NCBI GenBank assembly: GCA_024644435.1
Contig: JAHEKZ010000008.1
Location: 14,471-64,167 of the forward strand
DNA: 49,697 nt
From: Actinomycetes bacterium
GTDB taxonomy: Bacteria; Actinomycetota; Actinomycetes; JAHEKZ01
Direction: 5' to 3'
Of the stretch, positions 27,592 through 38,677 are shown one piece after another (within the stretch, counting starts at the first letter, position 1; each line of letters opens with the position of its first letter). The notes under the pieces were generated by a model, which saw only the letters and a program-made list of their open reading frames with translations, searched no databases and had not been told where the DNA came from. The position numbers and the translations under genes were made by a program.

Positions 27592-28995
27592 GTGAGTGCA
27601 GAAGCCAACCGGTCGGCCCCTGTCGACGCCGACGTCCTGGCGTCCATCGTCAAGGCCTACGACATTCGTGGCGTGGTGCCGAGCCAGCTCGACGCACGGA
27701 TCTGCCACGACATCGGTGCGGCCTTCGTCCAGCTGCTGGAGGCCGAGGGCGAGGTGGCCGGCCTGGTCGTGGGTCACGACATGCGACCGACGTCTCCTGA
27801 GCTCGCGGCCGCCTTCGCCGACGGTGCGGCATCGGCCGGCGCCGACGTGACGATGATCGGCCTGGCCAGCACGGACGAGCTCTATTGCGCTTCTGGACTG
27901 CTCGGTCTCCCCGGGGCGATGTTCACCGCCAGCCACAACCCGGCGCAGTACAACGGGATCAAGCTCTGTCGGGCGTATGCGGCTCCGGTCGGGCAGGAGT
28001 CCGGTCTCGGGCAGATCAAGGATGCCCTCGCGCGTGGGGTCAGTATTCCGCCGACCGAGCGAGGGAGCATCGCCGAACGCGACATGCTCGCCGACTATGC
28101 GGCCCACCTGCACTCCCTCGTCGACCTCAGTGGGGGGCGACCGATGACAGTGGTCGTCGACGCCGGCAACGGGATGGCCGGGCTCACCGCCCCCGCGGTC
28201 TTCGCCGGCCTCCCCATGACGCTCCTCCCGCTCTTCTTCGAGCTCGACGGAACGTTCCCGAACCACGAGGCCAACCCGATCGATCCCGAGAACTTGCGCG
28301 ACCTGCAGGCCGCCGTCCTGGCTCATGAGGCTGACATCGGATTGGCGTTCGACGGCGATGCAGATCGATGCTTCGTCGTCGACGAACGAGGGTCCATCGT
28401 GTCGCCCAGCGTGCTTGCCGCACTGATCGCTGACCGAGAGCTGGCTCGCGACCCCGGCGGGACCGTCATCTACAACCTGATCACCAGCCAGGTCGTGCCC
28501 GAGGTGGTGGTCGAAGCGGGGGGCACTGCTGTTCGCTCGCGCGTCGGTCACTCGTTCATCAAGGGTGTGATGGCTGAGACGGGTGCGGTGTTCGGCGGTG
28601 AGCACTCTGGTCACTTCTACTTCCGTGACTTCTGGCGGGCCGACTCGGGCATGCTGGCTGGGATGCATGCACTGGCGGCGCTCGGCAGCAGCCCTGCCCC
28701 GCTCTCGCAGCTGCTGGCACCGTACGACCGCTATGCCGCCAGCGGAGAGATCAACTCAACCGTTGTCGACCAGGCTCAGGTGATCGCTGATATCCGGTCG
28801 AGCTGGGCCGCGCGTCCGGGCGTCGCGCTCGACGAGCTCGACGGACTCACCGTTACCGGCGACGGCTGGTGGTTCAACGTCCGCGCCAGCAACACCGAAC
28901 CTCTGCTGAGACTGAACGTGGAGGCCGGCGAGCGCCAGGCGTTGGAGCGCATCCGCGACGAGGTGCTGGCGCAGATCCGTGGCGGGCGGACGTGA
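27592..28995 (+). CDS. manB: Phosphomannomutase/phosphoglucomutase (pmmA in mycobacteria)
   Basis: KAYDIRG, TASHNP (phosphoserine), FDGDADR (metal loop), GGEHSGH and RASNTEP motifs. Confidence 0.95.
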   Translation: MSAEANRSAPVDADVLASIVKAYDIRGVVPSQLDARICHDIGAAFVQLLEAEGEVAGLVVGHDMRPTSPELAAAFADGAASAGADVTMIGLASTDELYCASGLLGLPGAMFTASHNPAQYNGIKLCRAYAAPVGQESGLGQIKDALARGVSIPPTERGSIAERDMLADYAAHLHSLVDLSGGRPMTVVVDAGNGMAGLTAPAVFAGLPMTLLPLFFELDGTFPNHEANPIDPENLRDLQAAVLAHEADIGLAFDGDADRCFVVDERGSIVSPSVLAALIADRELARDPGGTVIYNLITSQVVPEVVVEAGGTAVRSRVGHSFIKGVMAETGAVFGGEHSGHFYFRDFWRADSGMLAGMHALAALGSSPAPLSQLLAPYDRYAASGEINSTVVDQAQVIADIRSSWAARPGVALDELDGLTVTGDGWWFNVRASNTEPLLRLNVEAGERQALERIRDEVLAQIRGGRT

Positions 28996-29189
28996 CGGAA
29001 CCGGGCGGCATCGAGCCAGAGCTGCTCGAGATCATCGTCTGCCCACGCTGTCGGTCTGACCTGCTGCCGCATCCGGACGCCGAGCGGCCGGACTCGTTGC
29101 GCTGCTCCGACGAGAAGTGTGGCCTCGTGTACCCCGTCCGCGACGGTATTCCGGTGCTGCTGGTCGACGAGGCCGGCCATGAGGGCTGA
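28992..29189 (+). CDS. Trm112 family protein (UPF0434)
   Basis: LLEIIVCPRC...C...C...YPVRDGIPVLLVDEA; GTGA overlap with the phosphomannomutase stop. Confidence 0.9.
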   Translation: MTEPGGIEPELLEIIVCPRCRSDLLPHPDAERPDSLRCSDEKCGLVYPVRDGIPVLLVDEAGHEG

Positions 29190-30309
29190 GGCCGACTCCC
29201 GCCGGCCGCTGCCGGCGGGCACGCCCTGCATCGACCTCGACGACGTAGCGGCGGTTCGCGCTGCCGACCCCGGTTCGATGCTGGACAACGTCGCGTCGGC
29301 CGGCGACCAGGTTCGGCAGGCGGTGATCGCCTGCGAGCGCTCCAGGGTGGTCGACGTCCGTGACGGCGGGCGACCCCGTGCCGTTGTCGTCACGGGCATG
29401 GGTGGCTCGGGCATCGCAGGACACGTGCTTCAGGCAGTAGCCGGACCGGAGTGCCCAGTCCCCGTCGAGCGCGTACGTGGGTGGACGCTCCCGGCCTGGG
29501 TCGGGGTCGACGACCTGGTGATCGCCGTGTCGAGCTCGGGGCGGACGGCCGAGACGATGGCGTGTGCCACGACCGCACTCGAGCGGGGCGCACGGACGGT
29601 CGTCGTGGCCGCCGAGGGATCGCCCTTGGTCGAGCTGGCCGATCGGGCCGGCATCCCGTGGGTGCCCGTTCCGCCAGGTCGACCCCCACGAGCCAACTTG
29701 TGGGCGTTGTCGGTGCCGCTCCTGGTGGCGGCCGACGCGCTGGGCGTGGTGGACGCCGAAGCAAGCCGCCTCGAAGAGGTGGCTGAGCTGCTCGACGGCT
29801 TGGCTGCTCAGTGCGCCCCTTCGGTGCCGAGAGCTGAGAACCCGGCCAAGCAGCTGGCCCACGACCTCTTCGGCACCCTGCCGATGATCTGGGGCAGCAG
29901 CGACCTGGCGGGGATCGCTGCCTACCGGCTGCTGTGCCAGCTGGCAGAGAACGCGAAGTACCCCGCTGTGAACGGCGTTCTGCCTGAGGCGTTGCACAAC
30001 CAGGTGGTCACCTTCAGCGCACCGCAGGCGTCAGGTCTTCCGATCCGCCTCGTGCTGCTGCGTGACACCGTCGAGCAGCAGCAGGTGGCGGTCGCCGCTG
30101 ACGAGGCAGACGCTCTGGCGCTCGAGTCGGGGGTGAACGTGAGTCGGCTCATGGCCGTTGGTGAGCACCCGCTCGAACGGATGGCGAGTCTCTGCGCGGT
30201 CGGCGACTTCGCGAGTGTGTACCTCGGTCTCCTCGGGGGAGTGGATCCGACTCCGATCCGACCCATCGAAACCCTGAAGGCCCGTGTGCAGGAGCGGCAG
30301 GCCGGCTAG
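29179..30309 (+). CDS. SIS-domain bifunctional phosphoglucose/phosphomannose isomerase-like protein
   Basis: GMGGSG, SSSGRTAET, QLAENAK, PEALHN motifs and C-terminal DPTPI...LK. Confidence 0.85.
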   Translation: MRAEADSRRPLPAGTPCIDLDDVAAVRAADPGSMLDNVASAGDQVRQAVIACERSRVVDVRDGGRPRAVVVTGMGGSGIAGHVLQAVAGPECPVPVERVRGWTLPAWVGVDDLVIAVSSSGRTAETMACATTALERGARTVVVAAEGSPLVELADRAGIPWVPVPPGRPPRANLWALSVPLLVAADALGVVDAEASRLEEVAELLDGLAAQCAPSVPRAENPAKQLAHDLFGTLPMIWGSSDLAGIAAYRLLCQLAENAKYPAVNGVLPEALHNQVVTFSAPQASGLPIRLVLLRDTVEQQQVAVAADEADALALESGVNVSRLMAVGEHPLERMASLCAVGDFASVYLGLLGGVDPTPIRPIETLKARVQERQAG

Positions 30310-31232
30310 TGAGTACTGAGAGCGGTACGCGTGCCATCGTGGCGGCGATGCTGGCCAATGTCGGCATCGCCGTGACCAAGTTCTTCGCCTTCGTCGTGTC
30401 CGGCTCGTCGTCGATGTTGGCCGAGTCGGTGCACTCGCTGGCCGACTCCGGAAACCAAGTTCTCCTGCTCATCGGTGGGCGCCGGTCCAAGCGGGCCGCG
30501 ACACCCGAGCACCCGTTCGGCTACGGCCGTGAGCGATATCTCTACGCCTTCGTCGTGTCCATCGTGCTGTTCTCCGTCGGCGGTCTCTTCTCGGTCTACG
30601 AAGGCGTGCACAAGATGCGCCACCCGGAGGAGCTGACGAATCTGCTCGTCCCGATCGTGGTTCTCCTGGTCGCGATCGTGCTGGAGGGGTTTTCGCTGCG
30701 CACCGCCGTCGTCGAGTCGAACAAAGTGCGGCGGGGGCAGTCCTGGGTGCAGTTCGTGCGGCGCGCCAAGGCCCCCGAGCTCCCGGTGGTGTTGCTTGAG
30801 GACGTCGGCGCGTTGGTGGGACTGGTCCTGGCGCTGATCGGTGTCGGCCTGGCCGCTGTCACCGGAGACGTGATGTGGGACGGTTTGGGAACGATTGCGA
30901 TCGGCACGTTGCTCATCGTGATCGCTGTCGCGCTGGGTATCGAGACCAAGAGCCTGCTCCTGGGGGAAGGCGCTTCGGCGCCAGACCTCGGCAGGATTCG
31001 CGAGGCCCTGCTGAGTGGCGATGAGATCGAGCGGCTCGTCCACATGAAGACCCTCTTCCTCGGGCCGGACGAGCTGCTGGTTGCGGCCAAGGTCACGCTG
31101 CCCCCCGGCACCACGGTTGCCCAGGTGGCGCGGGCGATCAACGGGGCCGAGGCACGCATCCGCGCAGCGGTTCCGGTCGCCATGGTCATCTACCTCGAGC
31201 CGGACGTGTACGTCCCCGACGGCGAGGGCTGA
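30309..31232 (+). CDS. Cation diffusion facilitator family transporter
   Basis: MLAESVHSLADSGNQ, HPFGYGRE and EDVGAL motifs; about six TM helices. Confidence 0.92.
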   Translation: MSTESGTRAIVAAMLANVGIAVTKFFAFVVSGSSSMLAESVHSLADSGNQVLLLIGGRRSKRAATPEHPFGYGRERYLYAFVVSIVLFSVGGLFSVYEGVHKMRHPEELTNLLVPIVVLLVAIVLEGFSLRTAVVESNKVRRGQSWVQFVRRAKAPELPVVLLEDVGALVGLVLALIGVGLAAVTGDVMWDGLGTIAIGTLLIVIAVALGIETKSLLLGEGASAPDLGRIREALLSGDEIERLVHMKTLFLGPDELLVAAKVTLPPGTTVAQVARAINGAEARIRAAVPVAMVIYLEPDVYVPDGEG

Positions 31233-31304
31233 TCCGGGGCCCCTCTCGTCGTGCATCAGGACGTCACAAGGCGGTGGCGTCGCGGCCCCGGTATCCTGGA
31301 GCGC

Positions 31305-32795
<1,491 letters not shown>

Positions 32796-32805
32796 GCGGG
32801 CCCTG

Positions 32806-33471
32806 ATGCGGTGCGGTGTTCTGGGTACGGGCATCGTCGGCCAGACCTTGGGGGCTGCCCTGGTGGGCCTCGGTCATGAGGTGTGCATGGGGTCCCGGTC
32901 GCTCCCGAACGAGCCGTCGCAGGCATGGGCCGACGCCAACGGCGACGCCGCTCGCGTCGGCACCTTCGCCGAAGCGGCCGCATTCGGCGACATCGTGCTC
33001 AACTGCACCGCCGGGGTGCACTCTCTTGCGGTCGTCGAGCAAGCCGGATCGACGGCCTTCACCGGCAAGGTGGTGGTCGACGTGGCCAACCCACTCGACT
33101 TCTCCGAAGGTTTCCCTCCACGGCTCGCGGTGGCGCCCGGGGACAGCCTTGCCGAGCAGATCCAACGGTTGCTGCCCGACGCGCACGTCGTCAAGGCCCT
33201 CAACACCGTGACGGCGTCGGTCATGGTCGACCCCGGATCGCTCGAGCAGCCGACGGACCTGTTCGTCGCCGGCGACGACGAGGGCGCCAAGGACCAGGTG
33301 ACGACCCTGCTGGCCGAGCTGGGGTGGAGTCGCGACCGAGTGCGTGACCTCGGGGGCCTGTCGGCCGCGCGCTCGCTCGAGGCGTACGTGATGCTGTGGG
33401 TGGGGCTGATGCAGTCGACCGGTTCCACGCAGTTCAATGTCCGTGTCGTCATGAGCGGCAGCTCGACGTGA
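32806..33471 (+). CDS. NADPH-dependent F420 reductase-like oxidoreductase (F420_oxidored / COG2085)
   Basis: Rossmann GVLGTGIVG, GSR, DVANPL, SLAEQIQ, VVKALNT and DLGGL motifs. Confidence 0.82.
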   Translation: MRCGVLGTGIVGQTLGAALVGLGHEVCMGSRSLPNEPSQAWADANGDAARVGTFAEAAAFGDIVLNCTAGVHSLAVVEQAGSTAFTGKVVVDVANPLDFSEGFPPRLAVAPGDSLAEQIQRLLPDAHVVKALNTVTASVMVDPGSLEQPTDLFVAGDDEGAKDQVTTLLAELGWSRDRVRDLGGLSAARSLEAYVMLWVGLMQSTGSTQFNVRVVMSGSST

Positions 33472-34358
33472 CCGACGACACCGGTCAGGCTGTGGCGGGG
33501 TGGTACGCCGACCCGGCCGACCCCCACCTGCAACGCTACTGGGATGGCGCTGCCTGGACGACGGCGACGGCGCCGCAGACCTTCGACCCGCTCAGCGACC
33601 CTGCTCCGGTAGAGGCGCCGGAAGCGCATGTCGTCTACGGACAACCCTCCGGCACGTGGGGTTTTGGTGACGTCGGATGGTTCGTCCTGGTCGTGATCGG
33701 CACCATCATCGTGAGCGCGGTGCTGGTGTTACCCGCCTACTTCGTGGCTCCCGACGCCTTCACGGACGCCGGTGGGATCAACGCGGCGACGGCCGCCGGA
33801 AGCTGGGTCCTGACCGCATCGCAGGCGGTCTTCTTTGCCGGTCTTGCCGCGTGGCCGCTGGTCGCCGCCTGGCGTAAGTCGCGGGGATGGCGCCACGCAT
33901 ACGGTTTCGTTGTCTCCCGTCGCGCGGTGGGGATTGGTCTAGTCGGAGGGTTCGTCACCCTGGCGGCGATGCTGGCGCTGACCTCCCTGACCGCCAAGCT
34001 GCTGAACGAAGAAGTGACGTCGGCGGGAGCCGACGCCGCGGAGTCGATGTCAGGCAGCGCGGTGGCATTCATCCTCTTCCTCGTGTTGATCGCGGTTGGC
34101 GCGCCTTTCGTCGAGGAGCTGGCATTTCGCGGCCTGGTCTGGGGTGCGGTCGTCAAGCACGGCTGGTCGCCGTGGTGGGCAACGGTGATTGCCGGCGTTC
34201 CCTTTGCGCTGCTGCACGTTGAGCCGCTCCGCGTCGCCCCGCTGGTGGCTGCCGGCATCGTCCTCGGCGTCGTCCGGCACTACGGCGGGCTGGGCGGAGC
34301 AATGCTCGCCCACGGCGTGGTGAACATCATCGGTGCGATCGGAATTGTGGCGACCTGA
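33468..34358 (+). CDS. CPBP (Abi/CAAX) intramembrane glutamic endopeptidase with N-terminal DUF2510
   Basis: AGWYADP...RYWDGAAWT (DUF2510); EELAFRG, FALLH and HGVVN (CPBP motifs); GTGA overlap with the upstream stop. Confidence 0.85.
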   Translation: MTDDTGQAVAGWYADPADPHLQRYWDGAAWTTATAPQTFDPLSDPAPVEAPEAHVVYGQPSGTWGFGDVGWFVLVVIGTIIVSAVLVLPAYFVAPDAFTDAGGINAATAAGSWVLTASQAVFFAGLAAWPLVAAWRKSRGWRHAYGFVVSRRAVGIGLVGGFVTLAAMLALTSLTAKLLNEEVTSAGADAAESMSGSAVAFILFLVLIAVGAPFVEELAFRGLVWGAVVKHGWSPWWATVIAGVPFALLHVEPLRVAPLVAAGIVLGVVRHYGGLGGAMLAHGVVNIIGAIGIVAT

Positions 34359-34392
34359 TGCCGGTCGCGGGCGCCCCGTGACGGTTACCCGG

Positions 34393-35280
34393 TCACGAGG
34401 GTGCGGCGAACCCACCGTCGGCGGGAACTGACGTCGAGGGGTCGACCCCCGTCGCGCCCGAGGCGCGGTCAGGCGCCGCTTGACCAGGTAGGGCGGGGGG
34501 TGGTTCCGGCGGATCGGTCGCGGCGGCGCTCGATGCGCGGCGGCTGCGCTCGGCCAGCACCACCGAAAGGAAGAGATCGGGGGTGATGCCGGGCGGCGGC
34601 GGCGGTGACACCTGGCTCGCAACCTCGTCCGCGATCGAGCGTCCCAACGCCTGCCGTGCCTCGCCCTTCAGAGACGGTGCTCTGGCGACGTACTGCCGAG
34701 CGCTGAGCGCGGTGGCCGGCTGTAGCCGGGCGAGGTCGAGGGTGGCTGCCCACGCTTGCAGGCTGGTGGGGATCCACAGCTGAGCAGCGGTCTGCTGGGG
34801 GGCGCGCTCACGGACAACGACGGTTCCGGCCATGTAGTCGCCAACCCGCTTGCCCTCCGGGGAGAGCAGACTCACGACGACCGCGACGGCGCCAAAGCAG
34901 GCGTAGATCTCGACGACCGCCGCGAGGCCACGCGTCAGGGCGTGGCGAAAACGGATGGAACCTCCGTCATCGCGGACGACCCTGAGGCCCACGGCGAGCT
35001 TGCCGAGTGTTCGGCCCCGCATCAGCGACTCCATCGCCACCGGGTAGCCGACGAGCACCGCGAGGGTGCCGACGAAGAAGAGCACGTAGGACAGGGCGGG
35101 GTCGGCCAGATCGACGGCGGCACCGAGCAGGAAGGTCAAGGCGGCGAGAGCGATGAGCTGCAGGGCCACATCGATCAGGAAGGCCAGTGACCGACTCGGA
35201 AGCTTGGCCAGCCGGAGGTCGACGACCACGGCATCACCGGTGATCAGGCCGGAGCCGTCTCTGGCGCCCTGGTGCGTCAT
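34393..35280 (-). CDS. RDD family protein
   Basis: ITGDAVVVDL, RSLAFLID, GRTLGK...GLRVVRDDG and KRVGDYMAGT motifs. Confidence 0.9.
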   Translation of the reverse strand: MTHQGARDGSGLITGDAVVVDLRLAKLPSRSLAFLIDVALQLIALAALTFLLGAAVDLADPALSYVLFFVGTLAVLVGYPVAMESLMRGRTLGKLAVGLRVVRDDGGSIRFRHALTRGLAAVVEIYACFGAVAVVVSLLSPEGKRVGDYMAGTVVVRERAPQQTAAQLWIPTSLQAWAATLDLARLQPATALSARQYVARAPSLKGEARQALGRSIADEVASQVSPPPPPGITPDLFLSVVLAERSRRASSAAATDPPEPPPALPGQAAPDRASGATGVDPSTSVPADGGFAAPS

Positions 35281-35317
35281 GCTCCCCCTAGAGGACGTCT
35301 GGCCCGCTGCCGCTGCT

Positions 35318-35349
35318 GTATCTGAACTACCTGAAGTATCTGAAGTATC
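35318..35349. repeat. AT-richer 9-bp tandem repeat (GTATCTGAA)x3.5 between the divergent RDD and SpoIIM genes
   Basis: GTATCTGAA CTACCTGAA GTATCTGAA GTATC. Confidence 0.8.
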
Positions 35350-35381
35350 CGCTGTGGCCGTGCGGCTATTGTGCCGGATCA

Positions 35382-36380
35382 ATGGATCTCGACCGCTTCG
35401 TGGCGGCGCACCGTCCCGACTGGGAGCGGCTGCGCGTCCTCACTCGCCGCCCGCGTCTGTCGGGTGAGGAGGCTGACGAGTTCGTCGACCTCTACGGCCG
35501 GGCCTCCACCGACTTGTCGGTCGTCCGCTCCGAAGCACCCGACCCCGTTCTCGTCTCTGAGCTGTCGACCTTGGTGGCCAGGGCCCGCGGAACGACGACG
35601 GGCACAGGCCGTTTCACGACCAGCGACGTGGCGCGCTACTTCCTCGTGACCTTCCCCCTCGTCGTGTATCGAGCCCGCTGGTGGGTAGGCGCGGTCGCGG
35701 TCGGATTCCTGATGGTGTCCTTCGGGGTCGGCGCCTGGGTCTCGGCTAATCCGGACGTGCAGGGCGCCCTCGCACCACCTGACGCCGTGCAGCAGCTGGT
35801 CGACCAGGACTTCGAGAGCTACTACTCCTCTGACCCGGCGGGGTCGTTCGCTGCACGGGTGTGGACCAACAACGCGTGGGTCGCTGCACTCTCACTGGCG
35901 TTCGGGGGGCTACTGGGTCTGCCCGTCCTGTGGGTCCTCTGGCAGAACGCCACGAACGTGGGCGTTGTCGGGGGTTTCATGGCTGCCGGTGGGCGCCTTG
36001 ACCTGTTCTTCGGTCTGATCCTGCCGCACGGCCTGCTCGAGCTGACGGCCGTCTTTGTGGCAGCCGCACTCGGGCTGAGGCTCGGCTGGACGCTGATCGA
36101 CCCTGGGCCGAGAAGCAGAACCGTGGCGTTCGCGGCAGAAGGACGGTCAACTCTGTCGGCCGTCGTGGGACTGACCGTAGTGCTGCTGGTCTCGGGAGTC
36201 GTCGAGGCCTTCGTCACGCCGTCGGGGCTGCCGACCTGGGCGCGGATCGGTATCGGAGCCGCCGTGCTCGGCGGGTTCACCACCTACGTCGTCGTGTTCG
36301 GACGCCGGGCCGACCGATCAGGGCTGTCGGCTGACTTGGCCGAGAGCGACGTGGGTGCCACCAGGCCGGTGGCACCCTGA
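35382..36380 (+). CDS. SpoIIM (DUF95) family membrane protein
   Basis: MDLDRFV...WERL, WTNNAWV, ILPHGLLELTA and SGVVEAFVTP motifs. Confidence 0.9.
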   Translation: MDLDRFVAAHRPDWERLRVLTRRPRLSGEEADEFVDLYGRASTDLSVVRSEAPDPVLVSELSTLVARARGTTTGTGRFTTSDVARYFLVTFPLVVYRARWWVGAVAVGFLMVSFGVGAWVSANPDVQGALAPPDAVQQLVDQDFESYYSSDPAGSFAARVWTNNAWVAALSLAFGGLLGLPVLWVLWQNATNVGVVGGFMAAGGRLDLFFGLILPHGLLELTAVFVAAALGLRLGWTLIDPGPRSRTVAFAAEGRSTLSAVVGLTVVLLVSGVVEAFVTPSGLPTWARIGIGAAVLGGFTTYVVVFGRRADRSGLSADLAESDVGATRPVAP

Positions 36381-36387
36381 GCCGTTC

Positions 36388-37680
36388 TCAGAGTCGGCCG
36401 CGGGCCTTGAGCTCGAGGTAGCGATCGGCCAACGCCGGTGCGAGATCGTCGGGCAGGGCGTCGACCACCTCAACTCCGGAGCGGGACAGCTCGGCGGCCG
36501 CGGTCCGGCGGTCGCTGGCGAAGCCAGATGCTGCAGCGGCGCGATAGGTCGCGGTGAGATCGTGCCGGTCACGGCGCATGTCAGCGATCGATGGGTCGCT
36601 GACCGCAGCCAGGACGACCTGGTGCCGGCGGGTGAGCTGTGGAAGTACGGGCAGGACGCCATGCCTCAGGGGTGCTGGGTCGAGCGAGGTCAGCAGCACG
36701 ACGAGAGAGCGGTGTCTGGCGCGTCGGGTCACCTCCATGGCCAGTCCCTGCCAGTCGGTCTCGACCAGGCTCGGTTGCACCCTCGACATCAGCGAGGTGG
36801 TGGCGGCCATCAGCTCTGGCCCTGAACGACCGTGCACGGCGCCGAGCGACCGCCGGTCCCAGGCGAGCACGTCGACCCGGTCGCCGGCTCGGCCCGCGAG
36901 CGCAGCCAGCAGCAGCGTCGACTCGATCGCGGCGTCCAACCGCGGGGCGTCGCCGACCCGCCCAGCCGAGGTGCGGCCGCAGTCGAGGACGATCAGCACG
37001 TGCCGGTCGCGCTCGGGACGCCACGTGCGCACCATCACATCGGACGCGCGAGCGGTGGCCCGCCAGTCGATCGAGCGGACGTCGTCGCCTCCGACGTACT
37101 CGCGGAGCGAGTCGAACTCCGTTCCTTGGCCACGCTGGAGCACGATCGTGCGCCCCTCGAGGTCGCGCAGGCGTGCGAGCTTGCTGGGCAAGTGCTTGCG
37201 CGAGACGAACGGAGGCAGCACGTCGACGCGCCATGGCACATTGCGACTGTTCTGACGGCCGGCCAGCTTCCACGGCCCGAGCGAGCGCACGGTGACCTTG
37301 TCTGCCTGACACGGACCGCGTCGAGACGGACGGGCGACGGTCGTGGCTACGCGTCGATCGCCCGGGCGGATCTGGATGTCGTGGGAGCGCGGCGTGGTGG
37401 GGGCCGACGGCGGCCACGCGTCGCGCACCGTGCCGCCGAAGCGCCGCCGAGAACGGTTCGTGAGCCGGATCGAGAATGAGGCCTCGTCTCCCGCACGGAC
37501 GGCGGTGTCGCCGCTCCGCTCCACCTCGATCGCGCTCGGTGCTGCCGCCCGTAGCGCGTCCAGCGCTATGAGAGCCGCGACGGCCAGCAGGTAGAGCCAG
37601 AACATCGACCAGGCCGGACGGGAAGCCGGGATCAGCGCGATCAGCGCGACGACCGCGACGCCTCTTCCGGTGAGGACCAT
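36388..37680 (-). CDS. DUF58 protein (vWA-like MoxR partner)
   Basis: GQGTEFDSLREYVGGDDVRSIDWRATAR; MIDAS-like LDCGRTS. Confidence 0.92.
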   Translation of the reverse strand: MVLTGRGVAVVALIALIPASRPAWSMFWLYLLAVAALIALDALRAAAPSAIEVERSGDTAVRAGDEASFSIRLTNRSRRRFGGTVRDAWPPSAPTTPRSHDIQIRPGDRRVATTVARPSRRGPCQADKVTVRSLGPWKLAGRQNSRNVPWRVDVLPPFVSRKHLPSKLARLRDLEGRTIVLQRGQGTEFDSLREYVGGDDVRSIDWRATARASDVMVRTWRPERDRHVLIVLDCGRTSAGRVGDAPRLDAAIESTLLLAALAGRAGDRVDVLAWDRRSLGAVHGRSGPELMAATTSLMSRVQPSLVETDWQGLAMEVTRRARHRSLVVLLTSLDPAPLRHGVLPVLPQLTRRHQVVLAAVSDPSIADMRRDRHDLTATYRAAAASGFASDRRTAAAELSRSGVEVVDALPDDLAPALADRYLELKARGRL

Positions 37681-37681
37681 G

Positions 37682-38677
37682 TCAGCGAGGAACCGGAACC
37701 GCGCTGAGAATCGAGTCGAGGATGCCGTCGGGTGAGGTTCCCTCGAGCTCGGCCTCGGCCCGCAGCTGGAGGCGATGCCGCCACGTGGGCTTGGCGATGA
37801 CCTTGACGTCATCTGGTGTCACGAAGTCGCGGGCGCTGAGCCAGGCCCAGGCTCGCGAGGTGGCCAGTAGCGCGGTGCTGCCGCGCGGCGAGACACCGAG
37901 CTGTACTGAGGGCACCTGCCGCGTGGCCCTGGCCAGGTCCACGACGTACTCGGCGATCTCCGGCGCCACCGTGACGGCGGCGACCGAGCGGCGCGCGTCG
38001 TTCAGGGCACGGATGTCGGCCACAGGCCCGATGCCGGCTGCATCCAGGTCGCGCGGGTCGAAACCGGCCGCGTGTCGCATCACGATGTCGATCTCGGCGG
38101 TTCGTTCGGGTACCGGCATGGTGAGCTTGAGCAGAAAGCGGTCGAGCTGCGCCTCGGGGAGCGGGTAGGTGCCCTCGTACTCGACCGGGTTCTGGGTCGC
38201 GGCGACGAGGAACGGGTCGGGCAGTGGCCGGGGGACCCCGTCGACGCTGACCTGGCGCTCCTCCATCGCTTCCAGCAGGGCCGCCTGCGTCTTGGGGGGT
38301 GTGCGGTTGATCTCGTCAGCCAGCAGCAGGTTGGTGAAGGCCGGGCCGGGGCGGAACGTGAACTCTGCGGTGCGGGCGTCGTAGACGAGCGAGCCGGTGA
38401 CATCGCCTGGCATCAGGTCGGGGGTGAACTGCACCCGTTTGCTGTCGACGGCCAGCGAGCGGGCCAGGGCGCGCACCAGGAGCGTCTTGGCTGTGCCCGG
38501 CACTCCCTCGAGCAGTACGTGGCCGCGGCACAGCAAGGCGATCATCAGGCCGGTCACGACGGCGTCCTGACCCACGACCGCCTTGGCCACCTCGGCGCGG
38601 ACGGCCAGCAGGGCGCTGCGGGGGTCGGTGTGCTGCTGGGGCCGCGGGGGCTCGGGTGTTTCCGGTGGAATGGTCAC
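37682..38677 (-). CDS. MoxR family AAA+ ATPase
   Basis: LEGVPGTAKT, QFTPDLMPGD, LLADEINR, ATQNPVEYEGTYPLPEAQLDRF and SPR motifs. Confidence 0.96.
   Translation of the reverse strand: MTIPPETPEPPRPQQHTDPRSALLAVRAEVAKAVVGQDAVVTGLMIALLCRGHVLLEGVPGTAKTLLVRALARSLAVDSKRVQFTPDLMPGDVTGSLVYDARTAEFTFRPGPAFTNLLLADEINRTPPKTQAALLEAMEERQVSVDGVPRPLPDPFLVAATQNPVEYEGTYPLPEAQLDRFLLKLTMPVPERTAEIDIVMRHAAGFDPRDLDAAGIGPVADIRALNDARRSVAAVTVAPEIAEYVVDLARATRQVPSVQLGVSPRGSTALLATSRAWAWLSARDFVTPDDVKVIAKPTWRHRLQLRAEAELEGTSPDGILDSILSAVPVPR

Noticed and set aside
21504-28668. Long antisense or alternative-frame ORFs (e.g. 21504..22811, 22006..23181, 27397..28668)
   Set aside because: They are typical stop-poor shadow ORFs of high-GC genes, with no recognisable motifs.
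31233-31304. SAH riboswitch upstream of ahcY
   Set aside because: I could not find the conserved GAGGAGCG-type core, and ahcY appears leaderless. Only a GC-rich CCGGGGCC/GGCCCCGG inverted repeat is present.
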